Assembly: GCA_044376115.1 (NCBI GenBank)
Contig: JBILLK010000027.1
Location: 32,001-96,000 of the forward strand
Source: Polyangiaceae bacterium
GTDB taxonomy: Bacteria > Myxococcota_A > Polyangia > Polyangiales > Polyangiaceae
Direction of reading: 5' to 3'
Length of the DNA: 64,000 nucleotides
In this document: one piece after another, positions 58,301 to 64,000 of the stretch
How the letters are laid out: each line of letters opens with the position of its first letter
Numbering within the stretch: position 1 is the stretch's first letter
Program-made: the position numbers and the translations under genes
Notes under the pieces: model-generated
What the model was told of the DNA's origin: nothing
The model's input: the letters and a program-made list of their open reading frames with translations, nothing else
The model's database searches: none

Positions 58301-58545
58301 ATGGTCTTGTCTGCGAGCAGTTGCGGCAGCGCCAGCTCGGTGGCCAAGCCGCGCAACGTGCAACGGCGCAGCCCGAAGGTATGGCCCTTGGCCTGGGTGC
58401 GGCGAAACACGAGCTCGTCGAGCGGAGTGCGTCGGCGCGCGCAAACGAGTACTTCGCTCTCGCGCTGCAGCCCATCCAAAAACCGAGTGATGGCCTCTTG
58501 GCGCACTGGCGCTAGCGGCGAAACGCACAGCTCGAGCTTGGCCAC
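55303..58545 (-). CDS. addB: AddB-type inactive-helicase / PD-(D/E)xK nuclease with Fe-S cysteines
   Basis: No Walker A; ACPYRFFL, GALD, DFKTG, Q..LY, CxxCPY...C; ATGA overlap with addA. Confidence 0.82.
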
Positions 58546-58559
58546 CGTGCGCGCTCCGA

Positions 58560-59636
58560 CTAACCGCGGAGCGAGGCGACGACGCGCAGGAAGTTCTCGC
58601 CGAGGACCTTCTGCACCGTATCGTGGGAGAGCCCACGTTTGAGTAGCGCCTCACAAAGCCGAGGGAGCTCCAAGCAGGTTGGCATGTCGCGGGGGGTGGA
58701 GATGGCCCCGTCCCAATCGCTGCCCAAGGACGCGTGGTCAGGGCCAACCACCTTGATGATGTGCTCCAAGTGGGCGGCGACGCTGTCCAGCTTGCCCGAG
58801 AACTTCCCGTCGCCCAGGAAGGTTGGTTCGTACATGACGCCGATGGTCCCGCCGCTTTTAGCCACTGCTTTGAGCTGGTCGTCATCGAGGTTGCGCCAAT
58901 GCTCGAACACGCCCGATACCCCAGTATGGGTGACCAGCAGCGGCTGGGTTTTATCGGAGCATTCAACGGCGTCCCAAAAGCCCCGCTTCGAGATGTGAGC
59001 CAAATCCACGAAGATCTTCTTGGCGTTGAGTTGCTCAATCACCTCGCGACCGCGCGCGGTCAGGCCCGTATCCGTGCGACTGCCGAGCGGGCTACTGGTT
59101 TGACCGAGGCCCGATTCGGTCAAGTGCACCAGGGTCACGCGCAGGATGCGGTCATCGAGATAGGTCTCGAGCGCGGCTTTGCTTTCCTCGAGCGCGTTAC
59201 CACCCTGAATCCCAAGAAACGCGCCGTGTTTTCCTTGCGCACGCGCCGCTCGATATTGGGCTGCTGTGCGCACGACGCTGAACTGCTCGCTGACGCTCTG
59301 GAAGATGCTCTCCAGCTGCGCGAGGTTGTTGCGGAAGGCCGTGGTTCGCTCGCTTTGGACCTTGAACGGGTTGGTGGTGATGACCCACGTTGCGCCGGTG
59401 ACCTGGGCCTCCAAGATCCGCGGGAAGTCCACCTGCGAGTAGAAGTTGGCTCGCAGGAGGCCGTGGTCATGTCGCTCGGTCAGATCGTAGCCCCACACGC
59501 GCGTCCAAATGAACGAGTCGATGTGCAGGTCGATCACCTCGCTCGCGAGGTAAAGATCGACCGCCTCTTTCGACACTTCGAGCGAACGCGCCCAGGCCGC
59601 AGGGTCCTTCCGGTGGTCTTCGTAATCGAGCCGCAT
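58560..59636 (-). CDS. Membrane dipeptidase (M19)
   Basis: DLHID, TLVH, DLAH, THTG, RNLDD, LGSDWDG, LGENFLRV. Confidence 0.92.
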   Translation of the reverse strand: MRLDYEDHRKDPAAWARSLEVSKEAVDLYLASEVIDLHIDSFIWTRVWGYDLTERHDHGLLRANFYSQVDFPRILEAQVTGATWVITTNPFKVQSERTTAFRNNLAQLESIFQSVSEQFSVVRTAAQYRAARAQGKHGAFLGIQGGNALEESKAALETYLDDRILRVTLVHLTESGLGQTSSPLGSRTDTGLTARGREVIEQLNAKKIFVDLAHISKRGFWDAVECSDKTQPLLVTHTGVSGVFEHWRNLDDDQLKAVAKSGGTIGVMYEPTFLGDGKFSGKLDSVAAHLEHIIKVVGPDHASLGSDWDGAISTPRDMPTCLELPRLCEALLKRGLSHDTVQKVLGENFLRVVASLRG

Positions 59637-59656
59637 GCGCGGAGCCTACGCTCGAA

Positions 59657-60091
59657 TCAACCGGCGTGTTTCTCGAGCAGGCCAGCGAGGCGCGGCACCG
59701 CTTCTTCCACGTGCTTCTTGGCGGAGCCACGCAGCATTTTGTAGGTGCTCTTGACCATACCGCTCTTCGATCGCTCGACCTTGGCGTCGGAAACGGAGAG
59801 CAGCGCGTCGGCGACGATGCCGCGGTTCTTCTCGAAGTGGTTGCGCGGGTTGCCTGCCTTGACGCCGTCTTCCCAGACCGGCTCGAGCTTCTTCGCCATG
59901 TCCGGCAGCAGGTGACCAACGGCCTCTTTGATGAAGCCCGGCTTGATGCTCTTGACGGCGTTGTAGCCGTTTTTTACCGCGAAGCCGGAGATGCCACTTT
60001 TCGAGGCGACCTCGTCGTCTACGAGTTTCACTGCTTCGTCGATGATGGCGGATTTCTTGGCTTCGTCGGAGAGAGCGTCGGACAGTCCCAT
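59657..60091 (-). CDS. Conserved hypothetical protein (DUF6918-like)
   Basis: EVASKSGISGFAVK.GY..VK.IKPG pattern; family name from memory. Confidence 0.65.
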   Translation of the reverse strand: MGLSDALSDEAKKSAIIDEAVKLVDDEVASKSGISGFAVKNGYNAVKSIKPGFIKEAVGHLLPDMAKKLEPVWEDGVKAGNPRNHFEKNRGIVADALLSVSDAKVERSKSGMVKSTYKMLRGSAKKHVEEAVPRLAGLLEKHAG

Positions 60092-60240
60092 AAGGGGCTC
60101 GTAGCACAGTTCAAGCGTCGTTTGCTGCTGTGAAAACGACGCAAAGGCAGCCGCCGAAGGGCTACCGCTGCGGTTTTGCGAGCGAGGCCATCCGTGCTAG
60201 GGGAGATCCGCTACTCAGTCCAGCCGGAGGCATTCCCTGT

Positions 60241-60771
60241 ATGAAAACCGCTTCGATCGCGTCTTCAGCCGTTCTTCTTTTCACGCTCGCAGCGTGCGGA
60301 GATGAACCCAAGCCGCAAACAGCGGATGACGTTACGTCGTCGACGCCTGCCAGCTCCGTAAAGAAGACGGATGGCGCGGCGTCCAGCCCCGACACCCAGA
60401 GCGGCGTGAAAATCGACGACAAGATCACCAAGGCCTGCGGCGACCTGCCGACGGCGCGCTTCGCCTTCGATTCGGCGGAGGTCTCTCCCGAGGCCACCAA
60501 CGTGCTCGACGCTTTGGCTCGTTGCTTCATCTCCGGGCCCTTGAAGGGCAAGGGGATTCGTCTTGTTGGCCACGCCGATCCGAACGGCCCTGCGGAATAC
60601 AACATCGGGCTCGGCCAACGCCGCGCCGGTTCGATCGGTAACTTCCTTGCGAAGAAGGGCCTCGAGGAGAAGCGCATCACTGCCACCTCGCTCGGCGAGC
60701 TCGAGGCAACCGGCACCGACGAGACGGGCTGGGCGGCTGACCGCAAGGTCGAGATTTTGCTGGCCGAGTGA
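60241..60771 (+). CDS. pal: Pal/OmpA-family peptidoglycan-binding lipoprotein
   Basis: LAA|C lipobox; FAFDS, GHAD..G..EYN..LGQRRA, DRKVE. Confidence 0.82.
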   Translation: MKTASIASSAVLLFTLAACGDEPKPQTADDVTSSTPASSVKKTDGAASSPDTQSGVKIDDKITKACGDLPTARFAFDSAEVSPEATNVLDALARCFISGPLKGKGIRLVGHADPNGPAEYNIGLGQRRAGSIGNFLAKKGLEEKRITATSLGELEATGTDETGWAADRKVEILLAE

Positions 60772-61520
60772 TTGTGAAGAACCTCTTGCAAGGCTGGTTG
60801 CTCGCGCGCGCTCCGGAGCCTGAGGTCAAATCGCTGAACGCGATCGACTCGATGCTCCACGCCTCCGGCGTCGAGTTCGCGCTGTTTTGGGTCTTGGTGC
60901 TGATGGCGGTGGCCGCCTGGGCCATCGCCATCCTGAAGGTCCTGCAGATCGGCCGCATGCGCGGTGCGCTGCATGCCTTCGAGAAGGAGGTCTTCAACTT
61001 CGTCGAGGCCAAGGATCTGTTCGTGGTGGCTCAGCGTAACGCTGGGTCGCCGGGAGCGCGCATCGTGCTCGCGCTCTCACGTCGCGGCGGCAGTGAGAAG
61101 ATCCTCGAGTCGATCGCCAAGCGCGCGCTGGTGGTCGAGCAGCAGCGTGCCAACCGTTTGATGACGGTGCTCGCATCGATCGCGGCCTCGGCGCCGTTCG
61201 TCGGTTTGCTCGGCACGGTCTACGGCATCATGGAGGCCTTCCAGCAGATCGGCGTGCAAAAAAGCGCAAGTCTGCCGGTGGTTGCCCCGGCGATCGGCGC
61301 GGCGCTCGTGGCCACCTTGGTGGGTCTGATCGCCGCCATCCCGGCGCTCATCTTCTACAACCTGTTGAATCGATACGCCGACGACTTCGTCTCCGAGTTG
61401 GAGACAGCGAGTGAAGCGTGGGTGACCATCGTTGCGGAGAGCGACCAGCGCTTGAGCGTGCCAGCCGACCGCACGGTTCGCGGCATGTCTCAACCTCCCA
61501 TGCCGTACGGCGGGGGCTGA
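60768..61520 (+). CDS. tolQ: TolQ/ExbB family proton channel
   Basis: APFVGLLGTVYGIM.AF, SL.VVAP.I, GL.AAIPA. Confidence 0.88.
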   Translation: MIVKNLLQGWLLARAPEPEVKSLNAIDSMLHASGVEFALFWVLVLMAVAAWAIAILKVLQIGRMRGALHAFEKEVFNFVEAKDLFVVAQRNAGSPGARIVLALSRRGGSEKILESIAKRALVVEQQRANRLMTVLASIAASAPFVGLLGTVYGIMEAFQQIGVQKSASLPVVAPAIGAALVATLVGLIAAIPALIFYNLLNRYADDFVSELETASEAWVTIVAESDQRLSVPADRTVRGMSQPPMPYGGG

Positions 61521-61523
61521 CGC

Positions 61524-62021
61524 GTGGGCGCGAGCATCGGCGGGGGCCGCAGGCGAGGGGCAGGCTTTGCGGACATCAACGTGACGCCGCTCGTCGACGT
61601 CATGTTGGTGTTGCTGGTCGTGTTCATGATCACGGCGCCCCTGCTTGCCACGGGCCTGCGAGTAGAGCTACCGGAGGTGCAAGCCACCGAGTCTCCGCTC
61701 AAAGACACCAAGCTCGTAATCACCGTCACCAAAGAGGAGAAAATCCTGTTTGGCGAGCGGGATGTAACGGCCAATGTGGAAGAAGAGCTGATCCGCAATC
61801 CGCGGATCCAGGTCGAGAAGGAACTTTACATTCGCGCGGACAAGAACGCCCGTTACGGCGTCGTGGCGCGCGTCGTCGCGGCAGCACGGCGCGCAGGCGT
61901 AGAGGGCCTCAATCTGCTGGTGCAACCGGAGATCGAGGGGGAAGACAGCCCGGCAGGTACAGGCGCAGCTCCAGCTACTGCCGCGCCCGTTACTCCTCCG
62001 CCCAAAGGGAAAAAGAAGTAA
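61524..62021 (+). CDS. tolR: TolR/ExbD family protein
   Basis: INVTPLVDVMLVLLVVFMITAP, RADK...YG.V. Confidence 0.92.
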   Translation: MGASIGGGRRRGAGFADINVTPLVDVMLVLLVVFMITAPLLATGLRVELPEVQATESPLKDTKLVITVTKEEKILFGERDVTANVEEELIRNPRIQVEKELYIRADKNARYGVVARVVAAARRAGVEGLNLLVQPEIEGEDSPAGTGAAPATAAPVTPPPKGKKK

Positions 62022-62049
62022 TGGCGCGCTCGGCCTTTGCTGGGGGCGC

Positions 62050-62910
62050 ATGAGCTCGACCTTCAGCAGCGATTTCGCTCCCTGGGAGTTCGGTGCGGCG
62101 GTGATCATCGCCGTGGCCGTTCAGCTCGGGAGTGGCGTTGGGCTTTATCTCGCCCGTGCGCAGCCGCCGGCTGATCTCAACGAGGTGGATAAGAATCGCG
62201 AGCAGCCGGTGCGCGTGATGCCGGTGCTCGATGAAGAGGCGTTCGCTGCGGCCAAGGCCGGCGGCAAGAAGGCCGTGTTGCCGGACATGTGGCAACGCGC
62301 GCCCACCTCGGTAAAAAAGGCCATTCAAGAGAAGCCAGCTCCGCCGCCCGACGTCGCAGCGCCTTCCCCCAAAGCCGGGCTCGAGGCCTCGGCTGCGCCG
62401 GACAAGACGAAGAAGACGGAGACGGTGGAAGACGCCGGTACCGAGACAGACGCCTCGACCGAGGGCGCGGATGCCGGGCAACCCGATTCGGACGCTGACG
62501 CCGGGCCGGCCACGTTGGACTCGGATGGCGGTAAAGCCAACGGCAACGGAGAAGAGGGCTGTCTAGGCGAGGGCTGCACCAAAGACGGCAAAAACGCGGA
62601 TATCCAAGCCGCTCAATATCAGGCGCGTTTGATCAGCTTCTTCAAACGCGGCTTCACCGTGAGCGGTCTCGGCCTACCAGCTGAAGATATCGCGAAGCTT
62701 GCGGTCAGCGTGAGCGTTTCCCTGAGTGGAGACGGTGTGGTCCAGAGTTTCACCATGAGTTCGAGCGGCAACGCCACCTTCGATTCGGCGGCGCGGGCTT
62801 CGTTGCAAGGCAAGGTCGGGCAGCAAGTGCCCAACCCGCCCGAAGATCGACCGGAGCTTTCGCGCACCAGCCTCGGCTTTTCAATGGTCTGCAGCAAATC
62901 GTGCAATTGA
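62050..62910 (+). CDS. tolA: TolA/TonB-like protein
   Basis: N-terminal TM, extended linker, C-terminal SSGNATFDSAA; position between tolR and tolB. Confidence 0.7.
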   Translation: MSSTFSSDFAPWEFGAAVIIAVAVQLGSGVGLYLARAQPPADLNEVDKNREQPVRVMPVLDEEAFAAAKAGGKKAVLPDMWQRAPTSVKKAIQEKPAPPPDVAAPSPKAGLEASAAPDKTKKTETVEDAGTETDASTEGADAGQPDSDADAGPATLDSDGGKANGNGEEGCLGEGCTKDGKNADIQAAQYQARLISFFKRGFTVSGLGLPAEDIAKLAVSVSVSLSGDGVVQSFTMSSSGNATFDSAARASLQGKVGQQVPNPPEDRPELSRTSLGFSMVCSKSCN

Positions 62911-62917
62911 GGACGGA

Positions 62918-64000
62918 ATGACAATGACTCGTGCCAACGTCAAAGTTCAAAGGGGCCTTGGAACGCGGTTTTCCAAGGTTTTTGCCGCGTTAGCGTTGGT
63001 GGCCGGTGCGCTCGTGCTTCCGAGCAAAGAGCCTCAGGCGCAACCCGCGCCGCCCGCGGCAGAAGACCCGATCGGTAATTTCGTCGTGCCGGCCGAGGCC
63101 TCCGAGCGTCCGCTGCCCAAGGTTGCCATCGCGCCTTCGCTGGCGCCCGACATGGAGGACGTCACGCTGCAAACGGTCGTGCGTCGGGATCTCGAGCTGT
63201 CCGGTGAGTTCGAGGTGTTGCCGAGCAGCGCGGCTCCGGAAGGCGCCTACGAGACCGACCGGCCGATCGTGCCGAAGGATTGGCAGGCCAAAGGTGCCGA
63301 GGTCGTGGTGCGCGTGATCGGTCGCAAGCTCGCCGATTCGAAGGTCGAGCTCGTGGCCAAGGCCTACGTGCTCTCGAGCGGCGCAGACCCTGTTTTCGAG
63401 AAGCGTCTCGAGGTCCCGCTCGATCGCGTGCGTGCCGAATCGCACTACGTTTCGGACCAAATCATCGGCGCTCTGACCGGGACGCAAGGTGGCTTCTTCA
63501 GTCACATGGCGTTCGTCTCCGGCACCGGCACCTTGCGTCGGATCTATCGCGTGGACTCCGACGGCTTTGATGCACGTCCCGTATCGCCGCCCGACCAGGT
63601 CGCGCTCGCCCCGGCGTACGGTAAAGACGGAGAGCTGTATTGGGCGGGCAGCGTTCAGAAGAGCGAGTTCAAGATCTACCGCGCGAGTGAGCCCACCACG
63701 CCGATCTCAACGAACATCCGCGGCAGCATCTATGGGCTCGGTTTCTCGCGCGACTATTCGCAGGTCGCGCTCTCGATTGGAACGTCGGAGACGGTGAAAA
63801 TTTTCTCCGGCAGCTCCTTCACGGATCTGAAAGAGGCCTCGCCCATCGGGTTGGCGTTCCGGCCTAGCTTCACCTACGCGGGCAAGCTCGGCTTCGTCGG
63901 GGAAGGCAAATTTGGCCAGCGTGTGTATGTGGACGGCAAAGCGATTTCGCCCGATGGTTTGATGGCTTCGGCGCCGACGTTCTGTCGTCATCCCGACGGC
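62918..64000 (+). CDS. tolB: TolB-like protein (truncated by window end)
   Basis: Signal peptide, VVRRDLELSGEF, LTG..G.FFSHMAFV, D.DG propeller start; I read no stop before the edge. Confidence 0.85.
   Translation, partial: MTMTRANVKVQRGLGTRFSKVFAALALVAGALVLPSKEPQAQPAPPAAEDPIGNFVVPAEASERPLPKVAIAPSLAPDMEDVTLQTVVRRDLELSGEFEVLPSSAAPEGAYETDRPIVPKDWQAKGAEVVVRVIGRKLADSKVELVAKAYVLSSGADPVFEKRLEVPLDRVRAESHYVSDQIIGALTGTQGGFFSHMAFVSGTGTLRRIYRVDSDGFDARPVSPPDQVALAPAYGKDGELYWAGSVQKSEFKIYRASEPTTPISTNIRGSIYGLGFSRDYSQVALSIGTSETVKIFSGSSFTDLKEASPIGLAFRPSFTYAGKLGFVGEGKFGQRVYVDGKAISPDGLMASAPTFCRHPDG

Noticed and set aside
60115..60170. c-di-GMP-I riboswitch (GACGCAAAG after a 9-bp hairpin)
   Set aside because: Lacks the upstream GGYAAAC/GNRA element and the second-stem tetraloop receptor; only a simple inverted repeat (60115-60142) is supported.
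60768..62910. Agl-Glt gliding motor (AglRQS/GltG)
   Set aside because: Only one ExbD-type gene, and it is flanked by Pal and TolB, which fits Tol-Pal better.

Overview
This is a 64 kb, GC-rich, gene-dense bacterial window, most likely Myxococcota/Polyangiaceae-like. That call is inferred from the Sel1-repeat Hanks kinase, STAS/SEC14 proteins, many Cys-rich lipoproteins and a sigma54 site. I found no rRNA, tRNA, CRISPR array or mobile element. Recognisable genes are ssb, mgtE, ihfA-MerR, a GT2 glycosyltransferase, sspB-livMGF, a fabB-like KAS, ribA, ansA, an AddAB-type pair, an M19 dipeptidase and pal-tolQRAB (tolB cut by the edge). The best candidates for undescribed biology are all inferences. 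(1) An MMPL/RND + LolA-like + outer-membrane barrel triad, interrupted by ribA and a glycerate-kinase-like gene and flanked by fabB and a His-box desaturase. (2) A small VNTR-containing protein coupled to that desaturase. (3) A stand-alone PglZ-like domain that has lost one metal site. (4) A split HTTM two-gene module inside the AddAB operon. (5) Tandem Cys-rich vWA lipoprotein paralogs with different promoters. Also seen: two disrupted genes (an in-frame TAG; a double frameshift), a 42-aa ORF missing from the ORF track, a hairpin covering the ihfA start site, and recurring leaderless-promoter signatures. All family assignments are by-eye motif recognition; no searches were run.
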